From an uncultured delta proteobacterium (GTDB lineage Bacteria > Myxococcota > Myxococcia > Myxococcales > 40CM-4-68-19), in assembly GCA_903911145.1 (NCBI GenBank), contig CAIWCD010000002.1, positions 186,001 through 233,726 of the forward strand: a stretch of 47,726 nucleotides of DNA, written 5' to 3'. Below the pieces are notes generated by a model that did no database searches, had not been told where the DNA came from, and saw nothing but the letters and a program-made list of their open reading frames with translations. Made by a program: the position numbers and the translations under genes. This document shows positions 18,831-29,435 of this stretch, in pieces; position 1 is the stretch's first letter; the number at the start of each line of letters is the position of its first letter.

Positions 18831-20066
18831 ATGGCAGGAACAGAACGCACGCTCGCGATGATCCTCGCCGGCGGTGAAGGCCGCAGGCTCGCCCCGCTCA
18901 CCAACCAACGCGCCAAGCCGGCCGTGCCGTTCGGCGGCCGCTTCCGCATCATCGACATGGTGCTCTCGAACTTCGCCAACTCGGGCGTGCTGCGGATGAA
19001 GGTGCTGACGCAGTACAAGTCGGACTCGCTCAACACGCATCTGTCGCGCGGGTGGCGGCTCTCCTCGATGATGGGCCAGTTCGTCGAGGCTGTTCCGGCG
19101 CAGCAGCGCACGGGGCCCGAGTGGTATCGCGGCTCGGCCGACGCGATCTACCAGAACCTCAATCTCGTCACCGACGAGGCGCCCGAGTACGTCTTCGTCT
19201 TCGGCGCCGATCACATCTACCGGATGGATGTGAGGCAAATGCTCGACTTCCACGTCGCGCAAAAAGCTGACTGTACGGTCGCAGCAATTCCGGTTCCGCT
19301 TTCTGAAGCGAGCTCGTTCGGCGTGATCACCGCCGACGCGGACGGGCGGATGATCGACTTCCAGGAGAAACCGCAGAGCGCGACGCCGATGGCGGGCGAT
19401 CCGACGCACGTGCTCGCCTCGATGGGGAACTACCTCTTCACCACCGAGTCGCTGGTGCGCGAGATCGTCCGCGACGCGGGCAGCGAGTCGGCGCACGACT
19501 TCGGCCGATCGATCATGACCGAGATGCACAAGCGCGCGAAGGTCTGCGTCTACGATCTCGCGCAGAACAAGGTACCGGGACAGGAGGCAAGCGAGGCCGG
19601 CTACTGGCGCGACGTCGGCGATCTCGACACCTACTACGACGCGAACATGGATCTGATCGCGATCAATCCGCGCTTCTCCCTCTACAACTCGAAGTGGCCG
19701 ATCTTCACTGCGCCGCTGCACCAGAGCGCGCCGGCGAAGTTCGTCTTCAACGATCTCGACGGACACCGCGTCGGAAGCGCCACCGACTCGCTCGTCTCCG
19801 AGGGGTGCATCGTCTCGGGCGGCCGGATCCACCGCTGCGTCCTCTCGCCCAACGTGCGCATCAACAGCTACTCCGACGTCACCGATTCGATCCTCTTCGA
19901 GGGCGTCAACGTCGGCCGCCACGCGCGCATCCGCAAGACCATCATCGACAAGAACGTCGACATCCCGCCCGGCACGACGATCGGCTACGACGTCGAAGAG
20001 GATCGGCGCCGCTTCTTCATCAGCCCGGCCGGCATCGTCGTCGTGCCCAAGGGCACTCGCTTGTGA
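18831..20066 (+). CDS. glgC: Glucose-1-phosphate adenylyltransferase
   Basis: [48 protein letters not shown] and YWRDVG. Confidence 0.98.
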   Translation: MAGTERTLAMILAGGEGRRLAPLTNQRAKPAVPFGGRFRIIDMVLSNFANSGVLRMKVLTQYKSDSLNTHLSRGWRLSSMMGQFVEAVPAQQRTGPEWYRGSADAIYQNLNLVTDEAPEYVFVFGADHIYRMDVRQMLDFHVAQKADCTVAAIPVPLSEASSFGVITADADGRMIDFQEKPQSATPMAGDPTHVLASMGNYLFTTESLVREIVRDAGSESAHDFGRSIMTEMHKRAKVCVYDLAQNKVPGQEASEAGYWRDVGDLDTYYDANMDLIAINPRFSLYNSKWPIFTAPLHQSAPAKFVFNDLDGHRVGSATDSLVSEGCIVSGGRIHRCVLSPNVRINSYSDVTDSILFEGVNVGRHARIRKTIIDKNVDIPPGTTIGYDVEEDRRRFFISPAGIVVVPKGTRL

Positions 20067-22261
20067 CGACGCGCGCAGTCTTCCTCTGGCACATGCACCA
20101 GCCGGACTACCGCGATCCCGAGACGGGGCGGCCTCTGTTGCCGTGGGTTCGCCTGCACGCGACGCGCGCGTACACCGACATGGCGGCGATGCTCGAGCGC
20201 TTCCCGACTGCGCGAGCGGTGGTGAACTGGGCTCCGTGTCTGCTCCTGCAGCTCGATGATTACGTCTCGCAGAAGTCGCAGGATCACGACGAGGCGCTGG
20301 CGCGGCGCGAGGCCAGTTCGCTCACGCCAGAGGAGCGCGCACACATTCTCGCGCAGTCGTTCTCCGTCGATTGGGATCTCTGGGTGAAGCCGGTGCCGCG
20401 CTACGCGGAGCTGCTTCGAAAGCGCGGCGTCGAACTCCAGCAACTCGATCTGCTCAAGCTGCAGGCGGGCTTCAGCGCGCAGGAGCTCGACGATCTTCAA
20501 GTTCACTTCGCGCTCGCCTGGATGGGCTTCTCGGCACGGCGGGAAGAATCGTTGGTACTCAAACTATTGACGAAGGGGCGCGACTACTCGCACGAGGAGA
20601 AGATTTCTCTGCTCGACCTGCAGCGCGCGATCGCCTGCCGCGTGGTCCCGCGCTGGCGGGCGCTGCGCGAGCGCGGGCAGATCGAGATCACCTGCTCGCC
20701 GCTCTTCCACCCCATCCTGCCGCTGCTCGTCGACTCGGACTGCGCCCGTCGCGCGATCCCCGAGTTGCCGCTGCCGCCGCGCTTCGCCTATCCCGCCGAT
20801 GCGCAGCTCCAGATCCGGCGCGGGCTCGACGTCGCGGAGCGTGCGTTTGGCTCACGCCCCGTCGGGATGTGGCCGAGCGAAGGCTCCGTTTCGCCCGAGG
20901 TGATCGAGCTTCTCTCCGCGGCGGGCGTGCGCTGGTGCGCGACCGATCAGGGAATTCTCGAGCGCAGCGAGCGACGAGCAGGCGCGGGCTCGCCGCTTTC
21001 GCGCGCTCCGCTGCATCTGCGTCCGTGGAGCGCGGGCAAAGAGGGAAGCTTCCGCATGCTCTTTCGCGATCGCGATCTCTCCGACGCGATCGGCTTTCGG
21101 TATGCGCGCGCGAGTCCAGGCGAGGCCGCCAACGATCTGGTCGGACGCCTCGCGACCGCGCCGGACGGGGCTCTCGTCACGATCGCCCTCGATGGCGAGA
21201 ACGCCTGGGAGCACTACGCGGGCTCGGGCGAACCGTTCCTGACTGCGTTCTACGAGCGGCTTACGACCGATGCGCGCGTGCGCTGCGTGCTGCCGAGCGA
21301 CGAGCTCGCGACGCCAGCACCGGATCGGATCGTCCGACTGCACAGCGGGAGCTGGATCGAATCGAACTACCGGATCTGGATCGGCCACGCCGAGGACAAC
21401 GCAGGCTGGGCGCTCCTCGCGCAGGCGCGCGCGGCGATCGGGCAGGCAGAAGAGGCGGGCGTGCTTTCGCGTGCGCAGCTCGACGCAGCGATCGACGCGC
21501 TCCTGCCCGCCGAGGGAAGCGACTGGTTCTGGTGGTACGGCGACGACTTCCACACCGACAACGCCGCCGAGTTCGACGTGCTCTTCCGCCGCCACGTTGC
21601 TGCGGCCTATCGCGCGCTGGGCCGCGCTGCGCCCGAGTCTCTGGGCCGTCCGATCATCTCGCCGAGGAAGGATGCGGCCGCAGCGCTCGATCGCCTCGAG
21701 CAGCCGCGGCGGTTGATCGAGCCGGTCATCGACGGCGAGTCGCGCGGCTATTTCGAGTGGGCCGGCGCAGGCTGCTTCACGCCCGGGCGCACGCTCGGCG
21801 GCTCGATGCACCAGGGCAACAACGGCTTTGCCGCGCTCTGGTTTGGCTTCGGCAGCGACCAACTCTTCCTCCGCCTCGACCCGCGCGAGGCGCCCCTGCG
21901 GGCGGGAGCGTTGCGCTTGCTCTTCTCGCGCGAGGTCGACCCGAATCGCGCAACAGCAGGCTGGGCGCGGGCGAGCGGCTCCGCGCGAGAAACGAGGGAG
22001 CTCTTGTTCCACGTTGTTCCACGCGGCGCCGATGGGCCGGTGCTCGACAGCGTCGGTGCATCGTGCGGACACGGGTGCAGCGGTGCTATCGTTGAGCTGG
22101 TCGTTCAGCTCTCTCCTCTCGGTCTGCGTCCGCAGGACAGGTTCGGCCTGCTGGTGCGGGCGCTGCGCGACGAGGTGGAGTTCGAGCGGCTGCCCCGCTA
22201 TGGCGAGATCGCGCTCGCGGTTGCTGGGAGAGAGTTCGCCGCGGCCCACTGGCAGGTGTGA
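20063..22261 (+). CDS. Glycoside hydrolase family 57 (amylopullulanase-like)
   Basis: [21 protein letters not shown] (nucleophile), LDGENAWE (acid/base) and [12 protein letters not shown] overlaps the glgC stop (GTGA). Confidence 0.92.
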   Translation: MTTRAVFLWHMHQPDYRDPETGRPLLPWVRLHATRAYTDMAAMLERFPTARAVVNWAPCLLLQLDDYVSQKSQDHDEALARREASSLTPEERAHILAQSFSVDWDLWVKPVPRYAELLRKRGVELQQLDLLKLQAGFSAQELDDLQVHFALAWMGFSARREESLVLKLLTKGRDYSHEEKISLLDLQRAIACRVVPRWRALRERGQIEITCSPLFHPILPLLVDSDCARRAIPELPLPPRFAYPADAQLQIRRGLDVAERAFGSRPVGMWPSEGSVSPEVIELLSAAGVRWCATDQGILERSERRAGAGSPLSRAPLHLRPWSAGKEGSFRMLFRDRDLSDAIGFRYARASPGEAANDLVGRLATAPDGALVTIALDGENAWEHYAGSGEPFLTAFYERLTTDARVRCVLPSDELATPAPDRIVRLHSGSWIESNYRIWIGHAEDNAGWALLAQARAAIGQAEEAGVLSRAQLDAAIDALLPAEGSDWFWWYGDDFHTDNAAEFDVLFRRHVAAAYRALGRAAPESLGRPIISPRKDAAAALDRLEQPRRLIEPVIDGESRGYFEWAGAGCFTPGRTLGGSMHQGNNGFAALWFGFGSDQLFLRLDPREAPLRAGALRLLFSREVDPNRATAGWARASGSARETRELLFHVVPRGADGPVLDSVGASCGHGCSGAIVELVVQLSPLGLRPQDRFGLLVRALRDEVEFERLPRYGEIALAVAGREFAAAHWQV

Positions 22262-22303
22262 GCCGCGAGGATTGAAGCAGGAAGCGCGACAGGACTGCAC
22301 GGC

Positions 22304-23191
22304 ATGGATACGAAGATCACCCGCGTCACCGACATCGCCCCGCTCGGCGGAGCTTCGGTCGACGCGTGCCTGGTGCAGATCTACGGACCCGATCTCGGCA
22401 AGAAGTACGTGTTGGAGAAGGGCGTCGAGATCACGGTCGGTCGCGACGAACTGGCGTCGATCGTCCTCGAGCTCGACAACGTCTCGCGCCGCCACTGCTC
22501 GTTCACTGCGCGCGACGACGGCGTCTACCTGCGCGACGACGGCAGCACGAACGGGACCTATCTGAACAACGTCGAGGTGCGCGGCGAGACTCCGCTGCGC
22601 TCGGGAGATCTGATCAAGATCGGCTCGGCGATCTTCAAATTCCTCTTCGGCGGCGAGCTCGGTTCGATCGAGGCGCAGTACCACGAAGAGATCTACCGGC
22701 TGACCATCGTCGACGGCCTCACGCAGACGTACAACAAGCGCTACCTCCTCGAGTTCGTCGAGCGCGAGATGGCCCGCTGCGGGCGCCACGGCCGCCCCCT
22801 CTCTGTCGTGATGATCGACGTCGATCATTTCAAACAGATCAACGACACCTACGGCCACCTCGCCGGCGACTACGTGCTGCGTGAACTCGCCAGCCAGATC
22901 CGCACGCGCATCCGCCGAGAGGAGTGCTTCGCGCGCTACGGCGGCGAGGAGTTCGTGCTGGTGCTGCCCGAGACGGGCCACGACAACTCGGTCTATCTCG
23001 CCGACAAGCTGCGCAAGATGATCGAGGCGCACCGCTTCGTCTTCGAGGGCAAGCAGATCAAGGTGACCTTCTCGGGCGGCGTCGCCGACATGCAGCCCGA
23101 GGACGACGGGCCGCTCGCGTTCATCCAGGTGGCGGACGCGCGCCTCTACGAGGCGAAGCGGGCCGGACGCAATCGGATCGCAGGAAAGTAG
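22304..23191 (+). CDS. FHA-domain diguanylate cyclase
   Basis: FHA motifs VGR, VSRRH and STNGT; GGDEF domain DGLT...DVDHFKQINDTYGHLAGD...RYGGEEF. Confidence 0.95.
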   Translation: MDTKITRVTDIAPLGGASVDACLVQIYGPDLGKKYVLEKGVEITVGRDELASIVLELDNVSRRHCSFTARDDGVYLRDDGSTNGTYLNNVEVRGETPLRSGDLIKIGSAIFKFLFGGELGSIEAQYHEEIYRLTIVDGLTQTYNKRYLLEFVEREMARCGRHGRPLSVVMIDVDHFKQINDTYGHLAGDYVLRELASQIRTRIRREECFARYGGEEFVLVLPETGHDNSVYLADKLRKMIEAHRFVFEGKQIKVTFSGGVADMQPEDDGPLAFIQVADARLYEAKRAGRNRIAGK

Positions 23192-23204
23192 GCGGGCCTC
23201 TACG

Positions 23205-24203
23205 ATGCCTGAGCTGCGCAAGGATCCGCTGAACGACCGCTGGGTCATCATCGCGCCCGAGAGGGCGGATCGGCCCAACTCGTTCCTGCGCGCGCGCGCG
23301 GACACGGACGTCGCGAACTGTCCGTTCTGCCCCGGCAACGAGGCGCTCACGACGAGCGAGCTCTACGCGGTGCGGCCGGCGAACAGCCCGATCAACTCTC
23401 CCGGCTGGACGCTGCGCGCGATCCCCAACCGCTACCCCGCGCTGCGCACGGAGATCCCGATCTCGCGCACCGCGGACGGCCTCTACGATCGGATGGGCGG
23501 CACCGGCGCCCACGAGGTGATCATCGAGACGCCCGAGCACAACGGCGGCCTCGCGAAGATGGACGCGCCGCAGATCGCCCAGGTGCTGCGCGCGTGGCAG
23601 GTCCGCATGCTCGACCTCTCGCGCGACGAACGCCTCGCCTATGCGCAGATCTTTCAGAACGTCGGGACACCAGCAGGAGCTACGCTGGCCCATCCCCACT
23701 CGCAGCTCATCGCGCTTCCGCTGGTGCCGCGCGAGATCGCGCAGGAGCTGACGGCAGCGAGAGCACATTTCGGCGCAAAGTCGCGCTGTCTGCTCTGCGA
23801 TCTGGTCGCGCAGGAGCTGACCGCGAAGGAGCGGCTCGTCCATGAGAACGAGTCGTGGGTCGCGCTCGCGCCGTTCGCTTCCCAGAGCCCGTTCGAGGTC
23901 CATCTGCATCCGAAGACGCACCGGCCGAGTTTTGAAAAGCTCGACGGCAGCGAGCTGGGCGCACTCGCCGCGTGCCTGCGGACCGTCCTGCGCAAGCTCG
24001 CGATCGCGCTCGAGGGGCCGGCGATGAATCTCGTGCTGATGACCTTGCCGCTGCGCGAGCCGGCCCACCCGTTCTATCACTTGCGCATCGTGCTCAAGCC
24101 CACGCTCACGCAGCCCGGTGGATTCGAGTGGGGCACCGGATTCTGCATCAACCCGACGTCGCCCGAAGATGCCGCGCGGTTTCTGCGGCAGACCGAGGCC
24201 TGA
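23205..24203 (+). CDS. galT: GalT-family hexose-1-phosphate nucleotidyltransferase
   Basis: ELRKDP, RADRP, CPFCPGNE, NRYP, GAHEVIIE and catalytic HPHSQ. Confidence 0.88.
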   Translation: MPELRKDPLNDRWVIIAPERADRPNSFLRARADTDVANCPFCPGNEALTTSELYAVRPANSPINSPGWTLRAIPNRYPALRTEIPISRTADGLYDRMGGTGAHEVIIETPEHNGGLAKMDAPQIAQVLRAWQVRMLDLSRDERLAYAQIFQNVGTPAGATLAHPHSQLIALPLVPREIAQELTAARAHFGAKSRCLLCDLVAQELTAKERLVHENESWVALAPFASQSPFEVHLHPKTHRPSFEKLDGSELGALAACLRTVLRKLAIALEGPAMNLVLMTLPLREPAHPFYHLRIVLKPTLTQPGGFEWGTGFCINPTSPEDAARFLRQTEA

Positions 24204-24212
24204 GGGACCACC

Positions 24213-25667
24213 ATGAAGATCCTCTTCGTCGCCTCAGAAGCTGCCCCGTTCGCCAAGACCGGCGGGCTCGGCGATGTCATCTCGGCGCTCCCCCGCGCGC
24301 TCGGCGTACGGGGCCACGAGGTGCTGGTCGTGATGCCGAAGTACGGCTCCATCGACGCCCAGAAGTTCGGGCTGCGCGACACCGGCCGACGCGTCGAAGT
24401 CACGATCGGAGCATCGAGCGTCAGCGCGACCGTCTTCGTCAACGCGCCCGCAGAGCGGCTTCGCTACCTCTTCCTTGGCAACCCCTGGTACGAGCGGCAC
24501 GAGCTCTACGGCGAGGGCGGCCACGACTACCGCGACAACCACAAGCGCTTCGCGCTCCTCGCCGCGGGCGCCCTCGAGGCGGCCAAGCAGCTCAACTTCA
24601 TCCCCGACGTCGTCCACGCGCACGACTGGCAGGCCGCGCTCGCGCCGCTGATCCTCAAGCGCGGCTGGGCAGGACGGCCCGCACCGTTCAAGGCCCGCTC
24701 GCTCTTCACGATCCACAATCTCGCGTACCAGGGCCTCTTCCCGCGCGAGGTGATGCAGGAGCTGATGCTCCCGGCCGATCTCTTCAACCCGGATGCGCTC
24801 GAGTTCTACGGAAAGGTCTCGCTGATCAAGGCGGGCCTCGTCTTCGGCGACAAGCTGACGACCGTGAGCCCGACCTACGCGCAGGAGATCCTCGCGAGCT
24901 CCGAAACGGGCGCGGGCCTCGAGGGGCTCCTGCAGCATCGCAAGGCCGATCTCACCGGCATTCTCAACGGGGCCGACTACCAGCAGTGGAGTCCGGAGCT
25001 CGACGGCGCGCTCCCGGCGAAGTTTTCCGCGAGAGACTTGTCGGGGAAGGCCGTGTGCAAGGCCGCGCTGCAGAAGGAGCTCGGACTCGCGGGTGATCCT
25101 CGCGCGCCGCTCGCCGCGGCGATCGGTCGGCTGGTGCACCAGAAGGGATACGACCTGCTCGCGCAAGCCGTGCCTGGCCTGGTCGAGCGCGGCGTGCAGG
25201 TCGCGCTGCTCGGCACGGGAGACACGGAGCTCGAGCATGCATTCGTCGAGCTCGCGGCGCGCTTCCCGGGCCGCGTCTCGGTTTCGCTGCGCTTTGACGA
25301 CGCGCTCGCGCACCGCATCGAGGGCGGCGCCGATCTCTTCCTCATGCCGAGCCGCTTCGAGCCTTGCGGACTCAACCAGCTCTACTCGCTGCGCTACGGC
25401 ACGTTGCCTGTCGTGCACGCGGTTGGTGGCCTCAACGATTCAATCGAGGAGGCGATGCCCGAACAGGGGACGCCCGGCGCGCAGGGTTGGGGTTTCCGCT
25501 TCGCCGATGAGAACGCGCAGTCGTTGCTCTCGGCGGTCGATCGGGCGCTCGCTCTCTACGCAAACAGTGCGGCCTGGGCCGCCACCCAGGCGCGCGCGAT
25601 GGCGCTCGACTACTCCTGGGATCGCGCCGCCGCGGCCTACGAGTCGCTCTACCGGGAGTCGAAGTAG
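24213..25667 (+). CDS. glgA: Glycogen synthase
   Basis: KTGGLGDV, HAHDWQ, TIHNLAYQG and MPSRFEPCGLNQ. Confidence 0.98.
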   Translation: MKILFVASEAAPFAKTGGLGDVISALPRALGVRGHEVLVVMPKYGSIDAQKFGLRDTGRRVEVTIGASSVSATVFVNAPAERLRYLFLGNPWYERHELYGEGGHDYRDNHKRFALLAAGALEAAKQLNFIPDVVHAHDWQAALAPLILKRGWAGRPAPFKARSLFTIHNLAYQGLFPREVMQELMLPADLFNPDALEFYGKVSLIKAGLVFGDKLTTVSPTYAQEILASSETGAGLEGLLQHRKADLTGILNGADYQQWSPELDGALPAKFSARDLSGKAVCKAALQKELGLAGDPRAPLAAAIGRLVHQKGYDLLAQAVPGLVERGVQVALLGTGDTELEHAFVELAARFPGRVSVSLRFDDALAHRIEGGADLFLMPSRFEPCGLNQLYSLRYGTLPVVHAVGGLNDSIEEAMPEQGTPGAQGWGFRFADENAQSLLSAVDRALALYANSAAWAATQARAMALDYSWDRAAAAYESLYRESK

Positions 25668-25693
25668 TCCGTGGAGCGCGCGGGCCTACGCCG

Positions 25694-26839
25694 ATGAAGC
25701 ACGACCGCGCCAACAAGCCGAGCCTCGGACTTCCCTTCCTCGTCGAGGAGTCGAAGGGAGAGCTCTGGGACGATGAGGAGTGGGAGGCGGCGCTCTCGGA
25801 TCCGATCGATCCGAACTCGCTGCCGCTGCGGACTCTCTCGGGCGAGATAGGGCCAACAGCGTTCGAGCGCGCCATGCGCGGACCGGGCGGCGATGCGCTG
25901 CGCGCGCCGTTCGATTCGGGAGAGTTTCGTCTCGTTGCCAAGCTCGCCGTGGGCGGGATGAGCGAGGTCTGGCTCGCCGATGCGCTGCACGGTGATCTCG
26001 CGGGCAGGACCGTGGTGCTCAAGCGGCTCCTTCCCGCGCTGCGCATGGACGCGGGCGCGGTCGAGCGGTTTCGCACCGAGGGTCTGCTCGGCGCCGCGCT
26101 CGCGCATGAGAACCTCGCGCGGACCTACGGGCTGCACACGCGCGGGCAGGAGCTGTTCCTTGTCCAGGAGTTGCTCGGTGGCGAAACGGTCGGACTGCTC
26201 GCGGCCGCGGCGCGCAAGCGAGGTGAGCGGCTCTCGCTGGCCGGGCTGCTCCACGCCGCGGATGGCCTCCTCTCGGCGCTTGCATTCCTCCACGGCGACG
26301 ACGGGCGCGCGCCGGTGCGGGTCATCCACGGCGACGTGAATCCCGACAACCTCCTCGCGACGCTCGAGGGGGGCGTGAAGCTGATCGACTTCGGTCTCGC
26401 GCAGGCGCTGCGGCCCAACGGAACCGTCACCAGCCCCGACGGCGCGCTGCGCGGCACGCCCGCGTACATGTCTCCCGAGCAGGTCCGCTCGCGTCCACTC
26501 TCGCCGCGCTCCGACCTCTTCTCGTCCGGCGTCGTGCTCTGGGAGCTTTTCGCCAACCGCCCGCTCTTTGCGGACGAGAGCGAGTTCGAGACGCTGCGCC
26601 GCGTGCTCGAGCAGCCGGCTCCGCCCCTGCGCGCGGTCTGGTCAGACGCGCCGACGGGCCTCGAGCGCATCCTTGTGCGCGCGCTCGCGAAGGATCCGGC
26701 CCAGCGATTTTCCAGCGCGCTCGAGCTGCGCGAAGCGCTGCGCCAGGTCGCGTTTCGCCTCGGGCTGGAACATGGCGCGGCAGCGCTTGCCGCCACGGTG
26801 AAACGGCTCGCGCCGAAAAGCCCGAAGGTCGACGAGTAG
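25694..26839 (+). CDS. Hanks-type Ser/Thr protein kinase, cytoplasmic, kinase domain only
   Basis: GGMSEVW, VLK, IHGDVNPDN, DFG, GTPAYMSPE and SDLFSSG; no TM or sensor domain. Confidence 0.92.
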   Translation: MKHDRANKPSLGLPFLVEESKGELWDDEEWEAALSDPIDPNSLPLRTLSGEIGPTAFERAMRGPGGDALRAPFDSGEFRLVAKLAVGGMSEVWLADALHGDLAGRTVVLKRLLPALRMDAGAVERFRTEGLLGAALAHENLARTYGLHTRGQELFLVQELLGGETVGLLAAAARKRGERLSLAGLLHAADGLLSALAFLHGDDGRAPVRVIHGDVNPDNLLATLEGGVKLIDFGLAQALRPNGTVTSPDGALRGTPAYMSPEQVRSRPLSPRSDLFSSGVVLWELFANRPLFADESEFETLRRVLEQPAPPLRAVWSDAPTGLERILVRALAKDPAQRFSSALELREALRQVAFRLGLEHGAAALAATVKRLAPKSPKVDE

Positions 26840-26943
26840 CTGCTCGTCGATCAAAGCGGCCTCGCGCTACGGAGCCGCCGCGGTCGCGCCGCCTGCACGC
26901 AGACGCGCCAGGAGATCAGCGAGAACGAGCCCGGCAACGAGCA

Positions 26944-27007
26944 GTCCCCAGATGATTTTCGGGGACCATTCAGCACAACGGCCGCTCGCTCAAAAGCGAA
27001 GCGGCCG
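26944..27007. terminator. Two hairpins between the convergent kinase and atpF genes
   Basis: GTCCCC-N11-GGGGAC (26944-26966) and CGGCCGCTCGCT-caaa-AGCGAAGCGGCCG (26979-27007). Confidence 0.5.
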
Positions 27008-27063
27008 CGCGCAATCACTACCTGTGCTTCAACTCTCGCTCCCGCGACGATTGCGACTGCGCG

Positions 27064-27567
27064 CTACGCCTGCGGCAGCGTCTTCAGATACGCCTCGACG
27101 AGCTGCTTCTGCTGCGCCGGATCCATCTGCGCGCGGATGAGCTTTCCGGCCGCAGCGATCGCGAGATCTGCGGTCTTCTCGGTCAGCTGCGCAACCGCGA
27201 GCCTCTGCTCCTCGGCGATCGTCTTGCGCGCCTGCACGAGCAGCTCCTCGCTCTCCTTCTTCGCGTGCGCCATCAGCTCGCCCTTGGCTGCGGCGACCTC
27301 CGCCTGGCTCTTGCGCAGAAGCTCGGTCATCTCCGCGCGCGACTTGTCGAGCGCGGCCTTCGTCTCGGCCGCCGCCTTCTCGGCTTCCGCGCGCTCCTTC
27401 TTCGCCGCTTCGATCGCGTCGGAGATCGTCTTCTCGCGCTGATCGACCATCGCCAGGATCGGTCCCCAGGCGAACTTGCTGAGCACGAAGAGCAGGATCA
27501 GGAAGGTGACGGCGGTCCAGAAGCTGAGCGCGAAATTGATGTCGGTGAAGCTCGCGGCGACGATCAT
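27064..27567 (-). CDS. atpF: F0 ATP synthase subunit b
   Basis: N-terminal TM FWTAVTFLILLFVLSKFAWGPI followed by an Ala/Glu/Lys coiled coil. Confidence 0.95.
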   Translation of the reverse strand: MIVAASFTDINFALSFWTAVTFLILLFVLSKFAWGPILAMVDQREKTISDAIEAAKKERAEAEKAAAETKAALDKSRAEMTELLRKSQAEVAAAKGELMAHAKKESEELLVQARKTIAEEQRLAVAQLTEKTADLAIAAAGKLIRAQMDPAQQKQLVEAYLKTLPQA

Positions 27568-27684
27568 GATCTCTCTCCTGCGATGAATTTCAAATCGTTT
27601 GCATTCAAACTATTTTTCGTCCTGCTTGCGTAAGACCCGCGCCCAGCAAGGCCGCGCGCGGATCTCCGACCATCCTGGCTGCGA

Positions 27685-27915
27685 CTACTTCTGGGTCGCG
27701 AGGATGATGCAGATGACTTCGGCGAAGAGCGCCACGCCTTCGATGAGGGCTGCGCCGATGATCATCGTGGTGCGGATGTCGCCGCCGGCGGCCGGCTGGC
27801 GTGCGGTGCCTTCCATCGCCGAGGCGCCGATCTTGCCGATGCCCATGCCCGCGCCGAGAACCGCGAGGCCTGCGCCGATGCCTGCTGCGAAGTATCCGAG
27901 TCCGAATCCGTTCAT
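27685..27915 (-). CDS. atpE: F0 ATP synthase subunit c
   Basis: GxGxGxG helix, RQP loop and LIEGVALF carboxylate; ATG 27915 with a GAAAGGA SD. Confidence 0.97.
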   Translation of the reverse strand: MNGFGLGYFAAGIGAGLAVLGAGMGIGKIGASAMEGTARQPAAGGDIRTTMIIGAALIEGVALFAEVICIILATQK

Positions 27916-28092
27916 GATGTGTTTCCTTTCAACTGCTGCTGTGAGCTGGCGCGGAGCCCCGGCGGCGGGGTCGTTCAGCTCGGGTTGTCTCGCGCAGAGC
28001 CTTGGGTCAAGGCCGCCTATCTGGGCTTGCTTCGCGAGTGATCGTGAATTTGCATTCACGAAATTTCTGTCCGGTTTCTGTTCTCCGGAAAA

Positions 28093-28986
28093 TCAGTGCG
28101 AGTGCGATGCGAGGCCGATGAAGACGGCCGACAGCATCGTGAAGACGTAGGCCTGCACGAGCGCGACAAACAGCTCGAGCATGTAGATCGCGAGCGCGAA
28201 GCCGACCGAGACGGGCGCGGCGTAGACGGAGATGATCACGGTCAGCGCAATGAGGAAGTAGATGACGATGTGGCCGGCGAGCATGTTCGCGAAGAGACGG
28301 ACGGTGAGAGCGAACGGCTTGGTGAAGAGGCCGAGGATCTCGACAGGCAGCATGATGATGTAGAGCGCCTTCGGAACGCCTGCCGGAACCAGATGGGTCC
28401 AGTAGCCGACGACGCCCTGCGCACGCATGCCCGCAAGCTGCGTGACGAAGAAGGTCAGGAGTGCGAGCACCACCGTGACGGAGAGATTGCCCGTCGCGGT
28501 ACCGATGCCCGGGATCGGAATGAGTCCGAAGAGGTTGATGAAGAGAATGAAGAAGAAAGCGGTGCAGAGGTAGGGCGTGTAGCGGGCGCCGTCGTGGCCG
28601 ATGTTCTGGATGGCGATCTCGTCGCGGATGAAGACGACGAAACTCTCGAGCACGCTGTAGAGACCGCGCGGGACGAGCGCCTTCTTGCGCAGTCCGATCA
28701 TGAAGACGATCAGGAGTAGCGCCGAGGCGATCCACATCGAGACGGTGTGCTTGCCGATGTTCAGGTTGAGCGGCATGCCTGCGAGCTTCTCGGGGAACGG
28801 CGCGGGTAGCGCGATCTTGATCCAGTCCGGATCGTCGCGGACGTGGTGGAAGATGTGCTCTGCCGGCGACGCGGCCTCTTCGGCGGCCTCGCCCGCTTCG
28901 TGTCCAGCGGCGGCGCCTTCGCGAACCTCCGCGGGCGCTGCTTGCGCGAGGAGAATGCCGAGAGAGAGGAGGAGAGATGCGAGCAT
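28093..28986 (-). CDS. atpB: F0 ATP synthase subunit a
   Basis: [25 protein letters not shown] and [16 protein letters not shown]. Confidence 0.97.
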   Translation of the reverse strand: MLASLLLSLGILLAQAAPAEVREGAAAGHEAGEAAEEAASPAEHIFHHVRDDPDWIKIALPAPFPEKLAGMPLNLNIGKHTVSMWIASALLLIVFMIGLRKKALVPRGLYSVLESFVVFIRDEIAIQNIGHDGARYTPYLCTAFFFILFINLFGLIPIPGIGTATGNLSVTVVLALLTFFVTQLAGMRAQGVVGYWTHLVPAGVPKALYIIMLPVEILGLFTKPFALTVRLFANMLAGHIVIYFLIALTVIISVYAAPVSVGFALAIYMLELFVALVQAYVFTMLSAVFIGLASHSH

Positions 28987-29003
28987 GGAGACGATCCTCG
29001 AAA

Positions 29004-29435
29004 TCAGGCGAGACGAGCCGGAACTTCGCTGTGCGATGCGGGACGGGCTTTGCTGCGCGAGATGACGTAGGCGATCTCGGTCGCCTGCGTCGCGGCGAAG
29101 ACGGCGAAGAAGGTGAGCGCGAAGGCCAGGGCTGCGGAGCCGCGCGCGCCAGAAGCGACGAGGCCGACCGCGACGAGACTCATCCGCGCGAAGAAGCCTG
29201 CGCCGATCCCGGCGAAGAGTCCGTTGGTGCCGTGCGCGTAGCCGACGTGCACGGCCGCGAACGAGGCGAGTCCAGCGAGCAGCGAGCAGGCCGAGGCGAT
29301 GCGCGCGATCGGACGCAACTCCGGCGAGAGCAGTCCGCAGAGAACGAGCGCGAGCGCACCGAGGCCCAGCTCAAGCGTGAGCCAGCGCCAGGGCGTCTGC
29401 GCGTTACCGCTCGTGTCTGACATCGCCGCTGCCAT
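29004..29435 (-). CDS. ATP synthase subunit I-like membrane protein
   Basis: About four TM helices, directly upstream of atpB; start at 29435 or 29423. Confidence 0.65.
   Translation of the reverse strand: MAAAMSDTSGNAQTPWRWLTLELGLGALALVLCGLLSPELRPIARIASACSLLAGLASFAAVHVGYAHGTNGLFAGIGAGFFARMSLVAVGLVASGARGSAALAFALTFFAVFAATQATEIAYVISRSKARPASHSEVPARLA

Noticed and set aside
22005..22023. Two tandem parS half-sites TGTTCCACG inside GH57
   Set aside because: Direct rather than inverted orientation, so no palindrome; explainable by the LFHVVPR codons.
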